A DNA stretch of 64,000 nt from Mobula birostris (GCF_030028105.1 NC_092379.1:24855821-24919820), one strand, 5' to 3'; positions 40,401 to 54,764 are shown, numbered from the stretch's first letter. The notes: a model not told the origin generated them from the sequence alone. Numbers and translations: made by a program.

Positions 40401-42293
40401 ACCACACCTGGAGTATTGTGTGCAGTTTTGGTCTCCAAATTTGAGGAAGGACATTCTTGCTATTGAGGCAGTGCAGCGTAGGTTCACAAGGTTAATTCCC
40501 ATGATGACGGGACTATCATATGTTGAAAGATTGGAGCGACTGGACTTGTCTGCACTGGAATTTAGGAGGATGAGAGGGGACCTGATAGAAACATGCAAGA
40601 TTTTCAAGGGATTGGACGTGCTGGGGGCAGGAAGCATGTCCCCGCTGATGGGTGAGTTCAGAACCAGAGGCCACAGTTTAAGAATAAGAGGTAGGCCATT
40701 TCGAAAGGAGTTGAGAAAAAAACGTTTTCACTAAGAGAGTGGTGGATATGTGGAACGCTCTGCCCCAGAAGTCAGTGGAGGCCAGGTCTCTGGATGCTTT
40801 CAAGAAAGAGATGGACAGGGCTCTTAAAGATAGCAGAATCAAAGGTTATGGGGATAAGACAGGAAGTGGATACTGATTGTGGTAGATCAGCCATAATCAC
40901 AGTGAAAGGCGGTCCTGGCTTAAGGGGGCGAATGGCCTACCCATGCACCTATTGTCTATTATTATTGGTAAGACTCTTGGCAGTGTGGAAGATCAGATGG
41001 ATCTTGGGGTCCGAGTCAATAGGCCGCTCAAAGCAGCTGCGCAGGTTGACACCGTGGTTCAGATGGCACACCGGGTAGTGGTCTTCATTAAACGTGAAAT
41101 TGAATTTAGGAGCCGAGAGATAATGTTGCAGCTAATTGGGACCCTGCTCAGACCCCACGTGGAGTACTGTGTTCAGTTCTGGTCGCCACACTATAGGAAG
41201 GATGTAGATACCATAGAAAGGGTGCAGAGGAGATTTGCTTGGATTGGAGAGCATGACTTATGAAAGCAGGTTGACTGAACCCGTTTTTTTCTCCTTGGAG
41301 CGACGGAGGATGAAAGGTGACCTGATAGAGGTGTATAAGATGATGACAGGCATTGGTCGTGTAGATAGTCAGATGTTTTTTTTTTTTTTTTTTTTTTCCC
41401 GGGGCTGAAATGGCTGCCACAAGAGGACAGAGGTTTAACGTGCTGGGGAGTGGGTACAGAGGAGACGTCAGAGGCAGGTTTTCCTACGCAGAGAGTGGTA
41501 AGTGCGTGGAATGGGCTGCCAGCAACGGTGGTGGAGGCGAACCCGATAGGGTCTTTTAAGAGATATTTGGAAAGGTACATGGAGCTGAGCAAAATACAGG
41601 GCTATGATAACCCTAGTAATTTCTAAGGTAGGGACATGTTCGGCACAACTTAGTGGGCCGAAAGGCCTGCATTGTACTCTAGGTTTTCTATGTTTCTATA
41701 TTTCTATATTGAGAAAATTCAGAAACATGAGGTGCAAAGGACCTTGGAGGTCCTTGTGCAGCATTCCATTCAAGTTAATTTGCAAGTTGAGTCTGCCGTG
41801 CAGAAGCCAGATGTGATGTTTGAATTCATTTTGAAAGGACTAAAAAATGAAAGCAAGGATGTAATGTTGAGAATTTATAAGAAACTGGTGAGGTCTCAAT
41901 TGCAGTGTGGTGAACAATTTTGGGCACTTTATCTGAAAAAGGATGTGCTGACATTGATGAGTGTTCAAAGGAGTTTAACAAAATGATTCCAGGATTGATA
42001 GGCTTAGCATATGAGAAATATTTGATGGCTCAGGACTGTATTCACTGGAATTCACAAGAATGACGGGAGTATCTCATTGAAACCTATTGAATGTTGAAAT
42101 GCCTCAACAGAGTGAATGTGGAGATAATGTTTCCTCTGGTAGGACAGTCCAGGACCAGAGGACACACCTTCAGACAAGAGGGTCGTCCATTTAGAACGGA
42201 GATGAGTAGGGGTTTCTTCTGCCAGAGAGTGGTAAATCGGTGTAATTTGTTGCCACAGGCAACTGTGGTGTCCAAGTCATTGGGTATATTTAG
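40400..42293 (+). mobile_element. Stack of CR1 3' fragments (nested)
   Basis: Repeated PHLEYCVQFWSP and RRMRGDL motifs, with tails at ~40950 and ~41700. Confidence 0.85.
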
Positions 42294-43330
42294 CCCTTTC
42301 ATACTTTTCGGGTAAATTTTGACCCTCTTTGACCTTTGACTGCGGTGAAAACTCCCGAAACACCGTTTTTTTTTTTCCAGCTGAAATTTTATGACTTTTT
42401 CTAAAGTGACCCAAAATGCGCAAAAATGAAAAGATTTTTGAAAATTAAACTTTTGTATAGGTGCTACATTTTTTGCAAAACACAAGCTGTTCCCGGTCAA
42501 ATTTTACCTGTACCGACTGCAAGCCAGGGAAATATGGGATAAAGATATTGACAGCCTGTGATGAGCGTTCCAGTTATGCTTGGACTATGCATGTGTATAC
42601 TGGGAAGGAGCTGTGGGAGGCCCGGAGAGAAAGCAAGGCATGCACGTCATGTTGGACATGACAGAAGGGCTGAAAGGACACAACGTGACCTGTGACAACT
42701 TCTTCACGTCTCATGAACTTGGTCAGGCGCTCCTGAAGCAGAAAATCACAATGGTGGGTCTGTGAGGCTGAACAAGCCAGAGCTGCCACCTGCTCTGACT
42801 GAAAGAAGGGGGAGAGACGTCTTGTCTTCTAAGTTTGCGTTCACCCATGACACTACAGTTGTGTAGTCTACTGCAAAGAAGAACAAGAATTTGATCCTCA
42901 TGAGCACTTTACATAAGGCGGCAGAGGGAAGCGATCAGGGGGACAGAAATCCAGCCATCATCCTGGACTACAATGCCAACAAAGCGGGGGGGGGGGGGTT
43001 GATCATCTTGACAAAGTCACAAACACATACAGCTGCAAGAGCAGAACAGCCTGCTGGCCTCGCACGATATTTCATAACAACATTGACATTTCCACACACA
43101 ATGTCTTTGTCATCTGGAGTGACCTGAGCCCTGCCTGGAGGGCAAGCAAGTGGAACTGGCGGAGGTTCTTTTTGGAGGAGCTTGGAAAGGCCCCTGTGAC
43201 TCCCTCTGAGCAAACTGGAGAATACCTTCCCGGCGCAGCATTTTCAGCAGCACTGGTAAGGGCAGTGCAGCAATCTGAACCTGGCCCTGCTCCACAAATC
43301 CCACAAGAATGCCAAAAAATTCGAAAGTCC
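42294..43330 (+). mobile_element. piggyBac-like transposase pseudogene fragment
   Basis: It starts ttag|CCCT (TTAA-like site). Frameshifted motifs are KPGKYGIKI...CD..SSYAW, TCDNFFTS.ELGQ.LL...ITMVG, ILDYN and LEELGKA. Confidence 0.85.
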
Positions 43331-44199
43331 AAGAGATTTATACAGTCAATTAGGAGAGACTTTCCTGAAGTAGAGGTTTTCTCGAGGGCAGGACGTCACT
43401 GCCCATCCCAGTCGGATTCTGCCTTGTCTGCAGGATTCACGACGACGGAAACAAAACTGTTTGAACGCACTGAATTTTCCCTCTGGATACTAGATACGAC
43501 ACAGCCTTTTCTATTGCTTTTAGCAGAGGCTATCTGATGCAGATCACTCTTTCTTGAACGAATTCAATCATGGTCGATTCTCTCCAAAATCACCAAACGA
43601 CCCTTCAGGGTCCCGTCTTCACCTCCCTGTACTACTAAAAAGATACCTCAACAAACCTGGCAGCAATTGGTTAAACTGCCGGCCAAACACTGTTGTCCTT
43701 ACAAAAGAACGTAAAACGCCGTTTTAAATCAGAACTCCGTCATAGGGCAAATATGCAGCGGTGCGGAGTCTCTGGCTAATGTTCTAACTGGAAAACCAAC
43801 TGCGTCACCCTTCGGGTCTCCTTTCATACCCGTGGTGAACATGTCATCACGTGACCTCACATCGGCGGGAAAAACTACATCAGGTGACCCCCAAAAGACC
43901 ATTACATCATACTCATCTGCTACTCAATTACATCATCGTTATAAGACAGTCACAACATATCCACGCGGTTTGTAACAGCAGCGGCCCGTCTAGAGCCACG
44001 TGTAGCCCAAGTGGCCACACACACAGTACGTGCCATTTAGCATGGTAAACAAACTTGCCCATAAATAGTATAATCCCACAACAAAACTGCTGTACTGCTC
44101 TGCCTCATTACATTGCATAGGGGTACAAAAGCAGTAAAGTCAAGAAATTCCATATGGGCGTTTTACATTTTAGCGTTGTTATTTTGATTTTACTCTGAT

Positions 44200-45050
44200 C
44201 ATATGCCAAAGATATGCCCTATTTACAAGATTATTAAGGGGCTGGACATGCTGGAGGCAGGAAGTATGTTCCCGCTGATGGGTGAGACCAGAACCAAATG
44301 CCACAGTTTAAGCATAAGGGGTTGGCCATTTAGAACGGAGTTGAGGAAAATGTTTTTTTTTTCACCCAGAGAGTGGTGGATATGTGGAATGCTCTGGCCC
44401 AAAAGGCAGTGGAGGCCAAGTCTCTGGATACTTTAAAGAAAGAGATGGATAGAGCTCTTAAAGATAGCGGAATCAAAGGTTATGGGTGTAAGGCAGGAAC
44501 TGGATACTGATTGTGGATGGTCAGCCATGATCGCGTGAGTGGCGGTGCTGGCTCGAGGGGCCGAATGGCCCACTCTTGCACCTATTGTCTATTGTCTATT
44601 GTCTATTACTAATGCTAAGACTCCTGGCAGTGTGGAGAATCGGAGGGATCTTGGGGTCCGCGTCCGTAGGACTCTCAAAGCAGCTGCGCATGTTGACTCT
44701 ACGGTTCAGATGGCATACGTGTTTTGGCCTTCATCAACCGTGGAACTGAATTTAGGAACAGAGAGATATGTTCCACTTATATGGGACGCTGCTCAGACCC
44801 CACTTGGAGTACTGTGTCCAGTTCTGATCGACTCACTACAGGAGGAATGTATAAACCACAGAAAGGATGCATAGGAGATTTGCTTGGATTGGAGAGCATG
44901 CCTTATGGAAGCAGATTGAGTGAACCCGGACTTTTCTCCTTGGAACGAGGGAGGATGAGAAGTATCCTGATAGAGGTGTATAAGATCATGAGAGACTTTG
45001 ATCGTGTGGGTAGTCAGGTGTTTTTTCCCAGGGCTGAAATGGCTGCCCAC
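44200..45050 (+). mobile_element. Compound CR1 3' fragments
   Basis: A (ctattgt)n tail at ~44581-44606 is followed by a second CR1 piece. Confidence 0.85.
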
Positions 45051-47215
45051 GTCACGTCTAATCAAGAACCTATCAATCTCTGCCTTGAGTGCACCAAACG
45101 ACCTGCCTCCACAGCTGAATGTGGCAACAAATTCCACAAATTCACCACCCTCTGCCGATTGATATTTCTCGGAGCCTCTGTTATTAATGGACGCCCTGAG
45201 GCTGTGTCTCCTTGTCCCAGAATCTCCCAGAATCCTATCCACATCTCCTCTGCGTAGGCTTTTGAATATGCAAAAAAGTTTAAATTAGATCCCCCCTCAC
45301 CTCTCTAAATTCCATCGAGTACAGAGCCAGAGCCATCAAACATGCATCGTTTGATAGCCCTTTCATTCCTGCAATCATCCCTGTGTACCTACTCTAGACA
45401 CTCTCCAATGCCAGCATATTTTTCTAAGATGGAGACCTCAAAACTGCTTACAATACTGAGGATGAGGCCTCACCAGTGCCTTCTCCAAGCTCAGCATGAC
45501 AACTCTTGTGTTCTAGTCCTCTTGAAATGAATCCTAACATTATAGTTGTCTTCCTTACCCCCGACTCAACCTGCAAATTAACTTTTAGAGTGTTCTGCAC
45601 AAGAGCTCCCAAATCCTTTTGCATCTCAGATTTTTGGATTTCCTCCCCGTTTACAAAATTGTCCGCACATTTATTTCTACTACCAAATTACATGGCCATG
45701 CATTCTCCAACATTATTTTTCATTTGCCACTATCTTGCCCATTCTTCTAATCTGTCTAAATCTTTCTGCATCCTACGTATTTTCTCAAAACTACACGCCG
45801 CTGCACCAATCTTCGCATCATCTGTAAACATAGCGACAAAGCCATCTATTTCATCATCTAAGTCATTTATGTATAGCATAAAAAAACTGGTCGGATCACC
45901 GATCCCTGCAGAATACCACGTCACTGACGTCCAACCAGAAAAGGATCCTTTATTCCCACTCGCTGCCTCCTACCAAGCAGCCAATGCTCTACTGATGTCA
46001 GGACCTTTCCTGTAATGCCATGGCCTCTTACATAGGTAAGCAGCCTCCTGCGTGGCACATTGTCAATGGCCTTCTGAAAGTGTAAATATACAACAACTCC
46101 TAAATCCCTTTATCTGTTGTACTTGTAATCAGGTAAAATATTTACAACAGGTTTGTTACGCAAGTTTGTCTCTTGAGGAAACAATGCTGACATTTTTATA
46201 TCTTGTCCTGTCTGATCAAGTACTCAATCACCTCAATTGACTTAACAATTGACTCTAACATCTTTAATAACTGAGTACAGGCTAAATGTTCTATACTTTT
46301 TTTCCATCTGCCTTTCTCCTCTCAATTTTGTAGTCATCTGGCAATGCCAGAGACCAAAGATGTTTAATCAGTCATTGCTAACGCCGAGCAAAGCTGGAAC
46401 GCTATCTCTGTCAGAACCTTTGGTGCAGTTCATCGGGTCCGGGTGACTTATGTACTTTTTGGTCTTCCAGCGATTTGAGCACATACTCCCTTTTAACAGT
46501 AACTGCACCCACTTCTCTTCTTTCAAACACTGCAAAATCTGACACACGGCTCGTGTCTTCCACAGAGAAGACTGGTGAAAAAATACTCATACAATTCATC
46601 TCCCATCTCCTTGTCCCATTTTATTATTTTTCCTGCCTCATTTTCCAGCAGACAGGTATCCACTGTCAGCTCTATTTTACTTTTTTTTTTTAACATACTT
46701 GAAAAAGCTTTTTCCATCGACGTTAATCTTATCTGCCGGCTTGCATTCATATTTCAACGTTTTCATTCTAATGATTCTTTTAGTTGTTCTCTATCTACAG
46801 TTCGGGAAAAAAAGAATCGTCCATCTTCCCACTGTTATTTTCTTTGGTGGACGCCCTGTCTTTCATTTTTACATTAGATTTGACATTCCTTTTCAGCCAC
46901 GGTTGTAGTATTTTGCACTTCTAAGTATTTCTGAAATTTTACAATGCACATGCCCTGCATCTTCCTCTTGTTTGCCAATAAATGCACGGCATTGCTGCTC
47001 TGCTGATATTCCTGCCACAAGATCCCTCCAGTTAGTTTGTCCAACTCCTCTCTCATACAACTATAACTTCCCTTACTCCACTGAAATACAGCTACGTCAG
47101 ACTTCACTTTCTCTCGATCAAATTTCTAATTACGGTCACTGGTTCCGAACGATTCTTTTAATTTAAGCTTCCTGACCGTGCCGGTTTATTACATAACATC
47201 CATCTCTGTGCGAAC
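45050..47215 (-). mobile_element. Decayed CR1 LINE
   Basis: LYINDLDDEIDGFVAMFTDD (45730-45924) and KSPGPDELH (46411-46599). Confidence 0.85.
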
Positions 47216-47619
47216 TGTTGATTTTCTCACTTGCTGACACCAGCCGGTACGGATTTGCATCAGATCTCTTCTACACTCCCTATCACCAGCAGTGCACCAC
47301 AAGTCTTTGCGTTTGGCTTGTTGTTTTACCAATTATTTTACACGAAATGATAGCGTGGCTAAGTGTTTCAGGAATTTCGCATTTAAGACAACTGATGAAA
47401 CCACTTGGGTCTGTCAAACTAAACGTAAGCATGAATCAGCAGGTAAAAGAGCAATTGAAATTTTGTTTGAATAGTTCCAGAACCACCAGGTCGTGTTCAG
47501 TTGAAGAAACCCATAGTCCATGAGAAAGTCCTCATTACTGAATCCAAGGTACGCAGCTACACACACAAAATGCTGGAAGAACACCGCAAGTCACGGAACT
47601 TCTATAAAAAGGAGTATAG

Positions 47620-48115
47620 CAAAAGTCTCGAAGAAATCAGCGAGCCAGGCATCATCTATGAAAAAAAAAATACTTGGCGTTTCAGGCCGAAGTCCTTCGG
47701 CAGGACAGATGAAGAAAATGCTGAGCAGGTTATTTGAGAGGTAAGGTGATAATAGAGAGAAACAGCAGGCGATTGGTGAAACTTGGAGCGGGACGGATGA
47801 AGCAAAGAGCTAGGAAGTTGACTGGTGGAAGAATATCAAGGCCCTGGAAAAAAATAAATAAATAAAACGGTGGGTGATGTGGTGATGCACCAGATGGAAG
47901 CGATGGGCGGGCCAAGAGACACAAGGGGAGGGGAAAAAGGGGATGGAAAATGGCGAAGTGCGGCGGGCGAAGACATTACTGCAATTATGATAAATCGATG
48001 TTCATGCCATCAAGTTGGAGGCTAGCCAAAAGGAATGTAAGGTGCTGTTCTTACAATCTAAGTGTGGCCTGATCAAGTCAGCGGAGCAGTCCATGGATGG
48101 ACATATCGGAATGCC
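47620..48115 (-). mobile_element. Penelope-like 3' fragment
   Basis: Reverse complement of the GIY-YIG tail (gatggcatgaacatcg) and 3' UTR seen at 33.3-33.7 kb. Confidence 0.65.
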
Positions 48116-50439
48116 ATATACGTGCAGAACTAAAAAGCCGAACATTCAACTGACACTTAGGTAAGTGTGAGGATGGTCCTTCCTATATCAGGAGCATCCT
48201 TTTGTAATGGTACTTTAGCAATCTTCGGGACCTCAGTGTGAAGATAAGCCCGTGATGAGAAAGTAAAGTTAAAGAGTCTCTTGCACGTGCTATTCTTATA
48301 CCCCCGGGTCACCATGAACAGAACACAACTGTCATAGCGAACAAGGAAACCAAAGGGAAATATGTGCTTCAAACATCAAAATGATAAATCAATCAACAAC
48401 CGCCACAGTAGAAGCGGCTTTAAACCGGCAAGTAATATAACCTTTACGTTACAGTTCATGAATAAACTTGAAAGACAGACAGAAGTGATTATCTTATAAA
48501 GGTAGCAATTGCATTTCGCTCGATGCTGGTACATAGTGCACTCGGCTGACGCAGTCCTGAGCATCATAAAAAAAAGACTGTGGGAAAGGAGGAGCATTTT
48601 GTCAAATTCCATATCAAAACACATCATGTCTATATTTTTTTTTTTCAAAATCGAAATTTGAAACCTATTACCGCCTCTACCTCGAATGCATTGCCAGAAA
48701 TGATGCTTGAGGATGATAAAGCATAGACATTGGAATTCTTCTGGATAAAGATTTTACCTCCTGGGGTCCACAGTTCCCTTGATGAATGGTGTTGCTCCAT
48801 GCCACAAAAAAAGGGGTAGGTGCCAGGATCGTATATAGTCGCATGCTAAAAAATGGAAGGTTAACGGCAAAATTACGTAGTGCGAATGCTGGAAAGGATT
48901 AGAGCATTAAGTGCCTTGAATCTGGTCCTTTCGGCATTAGTGTCATCTGAGCGTCATCTCAAATTTCTATTCCCATTTTTCTAGGTTATATTTTCCCGTT
49001 GTGCTTCATGAATACTTTTTTTAAATTTGCCTTGAATATATTCAAATAACTATTCACCTGAGTCTTAAAAGAGACTTTTCTACAGATTCTGGAGTCTGAG
49101 GTATATAAACAAAAAGAAATGTGCACTCCTTTCCAAAACGAACGACTACAAGTAAATTGTATTTTCCATGGCGATCCTGCCTCTCCATGTATGATCACGA
49201 CAGCATTCTCGAGGCAGATTCAATATTAATTTTGTTCACATCCCCTGCCTCCATGTTTCATTGGTAGGTAGTGGACGATTTGAGGCGAAATGTTAATATT
49301 CACACGGTGAAACTAAAATAATATTATGTTTATTCCTCGTACCTATCGTTCTATAAATGCAACAACAGCCAAAACGTAAACCCTTCTACCTCTGCACTCC
49401 AAAATAATACACGACAGGTATTTAGAGCGCACATCAAACGAACTAATGGGTTTTCTCATTATACTCCCTTGCGTGTTTTGGTCTTTCGAAACCGACCAGA
49501 TCAGATTAAGTATCTTCTATGTAGTAAATTTACCTAAATGAATTAGTGATGAAAATAACATAGAAGTATAATCATCACTTAAATGCAACTGGAAATATTT
49601 TCCTAATGTTAATTATATTCAATGAGGTCGTGATGTTGGAAAAAAAATGTAGAATCCTGAATTTGGTTTTGTGGCATGAGCTAGATTTGATGAAAAAGTG
49701 AAGGGAAATCAACCATTAGTGGGCCGTGATGACAATATCATAACATTCACCCAGCAATTTGAGAGTGAGAGCCTGATATTGATGCATGGCTATCAGAAAA
49801 TCTAACTACAAATACATCAGAGAGGAGATTGCCACGTTTAATGATAAGAATATGACGGCAGAACAGCATTGTTTAAGTAAGTAACAAATAGCAGCGACAA
49901 AGGAGAATCAGTGTTCTTCAACAAGGAAAGCCACACGAGCATACCATCAAGATGGGAGCCCCAAATATTATAGAAAATATGCAATACAGTTTTAGTCTGT
50001 GTTCTCCTAAAATATTTGTATTTATTTCCAAAATTCTATTTGTCCCCTGCATGTTGCTTACTTCGACCATTCTTACTCTGCAGATGATTCCTGCAGACGA
50101 TTCCTGCAGACGATGCTCCATTTCTGTAGCTATGATAAGATCGCTGCTCAGCAGTGCCACTTTCCCACTTCTTTTAACTCATCCCTTTTCTTTATGAGAT
50201 ATACGTAACCATAGCTTCCAGTAGACATTTCTGCCTTTATGAAAGCCAAGTCTTTGTCATGGCTACTACTTTATAGCTCGATATACTGAACCTATATACC
50301 TGTGTTTATCGTTCTGGTTACTGCTAATTCTCGCACTAAAACAGACACATTTCAACGCATACAACTGATTGCAATTATGACTGTTCCACTACATATCCTT
50401 CACTGCATTTTCTCGGAAGTCAGCAACTACCTTTGCTCC

Positions 50440-50580
50440 AACTGTACTGGAGTGTTACATAGAGCAGTAGAGCACAGTACAGGCCCTTCGGCTGATAATG
50501 TTGTGCCGACCCTTTACACTCTGCCTCCCATGTAATGCCCCCTCTTTAAAATCCTCCATATACCTGCTAGTAGTTTCTTA
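50440..50580 (-). mobile_element. Short CR1 3' end
   Basis: cacagtacaggcccttcgg...gttgtgccgacc, as at ~9640. Confidence 0.7.
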
Positions 50581-51232
50581 ATCGCTCTGTTACTAGATCC
50601 CATCCCAAACCAACTTGTTGGTTGGAAGACTTTATTTTTCCCCAGTCAACGAAGAGCCATTATGTTTGGATCGACAGGTTCTATAGACAGTCTTTACTTG
50701 AGCTCTTCTCTACCTGAATGTTTCATAAGGGAACAGCATTTTGCATGTTTCCAGTACTTCAGGGGTACCCTTTTGCCGAGCTCCAGGCAATGTACTTCCC
50801 GATATGCAGTACGTCTTTTCTTTGTAAATATTGAGTACTCTTACAATATATTATGCTCTATTTGTGTTTGTACCAGATTCGGACAGTTTAATATGACCAA
50901 AATTCATTATACCATATGTTTATGAGGATCTTTGATGGTCGGCTGAATTCGCTGAGTATAGATAGAGAGGAAATATGTGCCGCCCGTATGGACAGACAGA
51001 AATAAGAACGTTAACTTAACTGGGAATTCGGAAATTCCAATACCCGTGTTGTTTATTTCTGTGCAGTAACTTCTGCCAAAATGTCAGCAAACGAACCACA
51101 GCTCTGAGTTTGCAAGTAAACTTCTCTTTTTCTCTAACACGTTTTTGATGTGATGTTCAACTGTTCTCTTTTTCTGTGTCTATACTGGATCCCACCATTG
51201 TGCACATCACGCAGTCCCTTTACCCATTTCAA

Positions 51233-54200
51233 CATAAGCGGCCTTAAGCATCTGGGTGCCCGTTTCAATAGTTAATGGGGTGCCCTACCCCCATTTCCCC
51301 TCCCCCCAAAAAAAAGAAAGAAAAAAAGCCAATATTCAAGTTGGTTTCCATCAATAATGGTATAATTTCGGACTTAAACGTTGGTACATTATATGCACTT
51401 TCAGCATAATGGACAGACAGCTCAACATAATCCAAACAATTATCTTAATTAAAAATTGAAACAAAGTTTGTTTGTTTGTTTGTTTTTATATTTTGATTTG
51501 GAATAAGTACCCTCGCCCTTTTCAGTAACTAGTCTGCATTGAATGGCACTATGTGTTAGGTATCAGCTGACATAAAAACAGCTTAAACAATTTCCCTCTA
51601 ATTAAATTAATAACAAACGCAATGTCATATTTAACGAAAATTCATACTGTGTTTATTGAATGAACTGTGTCTGAAAGGTAACTACCGGAAGTTTACAACA
51701 AGCTGCGTCTCGCCGCTCTTTCAGAACAACAGACAGTTCACGTAAGGCCTGGAGAGCGAACAGGAGGAGAGTCTCACAGAAAGGTGACGCAAGCGGGAGT
51801 AAGAAATTACGATTTGTGGAAAAGCCGCCAAATCGCCTATACACATTTTGAGTGAAATATGTGGTTTATTTTATTATTTGAATTATAAACTTTATTTTTG
51901 CTAAAAATCTGTTAAAAGACTAACCACTAGAACATCACCACCCTCCTGTGCTTGAGTACTGAGAATGCTTTAATGAGCTCATCCTTGTCCAGCTCATCTT
52001 GTTATTTCATGCTCAATTGATATCTGAGCAAGAGCTGACTGACGCTGCGGGAACATGGCTGTCCTCATATGCGTTTTGATGAGTTTTAACATCGAAAACC
52101 TTCTCTCTCCACTCGCTAAAGTCACAGGCGCTGTCAGCATGATTCTTAGAGCAGTAGTGAGGACAGGATGCAGTTCAACCACATTGTTGCTGTAAATGTA
52201 GCTCAAAATCTGCAGGCCAGTCGTTTCTTTTGCAGACACGGCACTGACAGCAGCCGACACTTCTTACAAAAGGTCCTCAGCTTCCATATCACCAAGTATC
52301 CTCTCCATGTTAAGGCAGTTGTCTTTCAGTGTGCGACTTTGAGTGGCTTTTTTTTATTTCCTCTTTTCCATAAATGATGCCAAACAGGCTGTAAAATGAC
52401 TCCATCAGTTTGAAGCTCTCACTAATGCCTGTGATGGCAGAGTCCACTAGTGGAAGGAAAACTTCTCTCTTGTACCGTTCCTCGGGTGCCACTGTCAGGG
52501 AAGGACCTGCACTTTGGGACTCGTGGTGGAAATGGCTTTTTGGTTTACTGATTCCAGCAGCAGGAAAGACCGTTCGCATCTCCATCTCTTCAGCTATATC
52601 CCTGGTACCTGTTTGGGCGGATGAAAGGCCGTTCTCTTTGTATTCCTTGAGAAATTTCAGAACAAATTCCACCTCACGCTGTAGCACATCCATGCTCACT
52701 TGTGCGCTCTGCAGCAGCTTTCTGACACGATTCACCTCATGTAAAACGTTGTACCAGATGATAACAGTCAGCAGGATTTTCCATGACATAATCTCCTGTT
52801 CTAGGCCTCTGGCTGCAGATGTGGTTTCATTGTCACCGTTCTGTGGGGCACGTTCAATCAGTGACAGGAGCGCATTGCCAACATCGGGAAGCTAGTAGCG
52901 CAGGACTTTCACACATTCCACGCGGCACTCCCATCCCGTGTTGGATATGGCCTTGAGGGTCATCTGTGGCACGTTCTCCTTGGAAATCTCCCAGCTCTGT
53001 GTCGATGAGCTGAATAGTGTGTATAGACGTTGCAGCACCCCAAAGAAGCTCACAGACTCCACTGTTGATTTTGCAGCATCGACAATGACTATGTTTAGGC
53101 TGTGGCTAGCGCATGGCATGAACAAAGTTTTCTTTTTGTTTTGTGTAATATCTAGCACCCTCTTGTAAACCCCGTTATTTTTCCCTGGTATATTGCTCCC
53201 GTTATCATATGCCTGTCTGCTGCATTTTGAGATATCTAATCGTAAATTCTCCATATGCGTTAAGAAAACGTCGGTTAGACCTGCACCTGTTGTGTCAAGC
53301 ATTGGTAGGAAAACGACAAAAATGCTCACTAACAAAATCTCCGACATTTACTTGGCATGTGACAGTGCTCAGTGTCACAGAGAGCTGTTCTATGTGTGCA
53401 GCGTCAGTGGTGCAGTCCATTATCACTGTGTAGTAACGTGATTGTTTTACTCTCTCTGTTATCGCTTCCACTGTCTTGTCTCCAATACGTGTGATTAACT
53501 CATTTTGTATGGTTTTCCCCATGTAGTGGTCAGCAATCTTTTTTTTTCTCTGCTCGTCTGACATGTTCGCTCATCACTGGGTCGAACTCGGCAAGCAGCC
53601 CCACCAGACCTAGGAAGTTCCCATTATTTGGTTCATGTAAGGTGGAATTGTGGCCACGGAAAGTAAGGTTTCGTTCTGCAAGGTGACAGACAATGGCAAT
53701 GAACCTCTTCATGACATAATTCAAGTTTTTTTTTTCAGCATTTGCATTTCTTAGTACGTGCTGTCAATGACACTGTGATTTCTTAAGCGCGTTTCTAGCT
53801 CGCGCAAGCAATCCATGTTGGCACGGTGCGCATTTGACTTCTCATGATCCTGGAGTGTGAGAGTGAGTCACTCCCACACTTTGAAACCTCCGCAAGCGAG
53901 ACTGTGATTTCGCTTGCCATATGGGGTACAGCAGAAACAGAAGATTGAATCAGATGATTCTGAGTACACAAACCATTACATACGAGTGGTCTCCATTTTT
54001 CACCTTTTTAAGATACCTGTCCTTGGTAAAACGACGGCGTGATTGACTCTATGGAAAGTTAATATCCTCTAACTGAACGGGACCTCTCCTAACAATGTCG
54101 ATCCGTAGGTCACTGGAAATATGCGCTGGCCAACGTGCCGGATCGGTCTCTGCGAATGTTAGTGGGACTTTCTCTCTGCCTAGTGTGCTGGTGGCGCATC

Positions 54201-54764
54201 TCCCTCACCTGTCTCAGTTGTAGGACTGCTATCATGCTGTAGTGCTTGTTCATCAAACAAAGTTTGGGCATCATTATTACCATTCGTTTGAATAGAATTG
54301 TTTTTTTCTCATTTTAATTGTTCTGTTTATCAACATCTCCTGTGCCGCTTACACTGACAAATGGGATTGCAGCCCCATGCTGTGACGACTGTGCAGCAGC
54401 AACTGCAGTCAGCAAGCCCTTTGCAGATGCTGGATCAAAGAAAGGTGTAACTTTTGGGAGACTATTTAAGACGTTTTGTTTTGTGTCTAATATTTTCCGT
54501 CTTTCAGCACTACTAGGAGAGGAGCGTTTCATTTCCCTCTCATTGTTAAGTAGCCCTCTTAGCTAGGAGCAATTTTATAAGTCAAGTTAATATCTTAATG
54601 TATTTTCTCAGATGTCAGGCAGCGAGCGCCCACTGGTGGTTCGGCTGGTAATAGCAGGAGAATATTTTGTCGTCTGGGAGCTGTGCATATTTTGCATGTC
54701 AGTCGGGGGCCCCTGAGAGGGTGGGGCCCGTGAAACGGGAGAAACATAGCTAAGGCTGCCAATG
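51233..54764 (-). mobile_element. Full-length but frameshifted hAT DNA transposon (Tip100/ZMYM1-like)
   Basis: TIRs CATAAGCGGCCTTA / CATTGGCAGCCTTA match 11/14. The 8-bp TSD CATTTCAA (51225-51232) / TATTTCAA (54765-54772) matches 7/8. Motifs include FRGH...GNFLGLV.LLAEFDPV, YYTVIMDCTTD, YDNGSN, CASHSLN and the dimerisation domain PVT.ASGER.FS.LKLIK. Confidence 0.93.

Noticed and set aside
47253-47260. Perfect octamer ATTTGCAT (others near 27.1, 53.7 and 59.6 kb)
   Set aside because: It is expected by chance in AT-rich 64 kb and has no leader or V nearby.
48395-48580. Scattered V-like words (VH.YQH, FYCG) on the minus strand
   Set aside because: They need several frameshifts, the spacing is wrong and there is no RSS.
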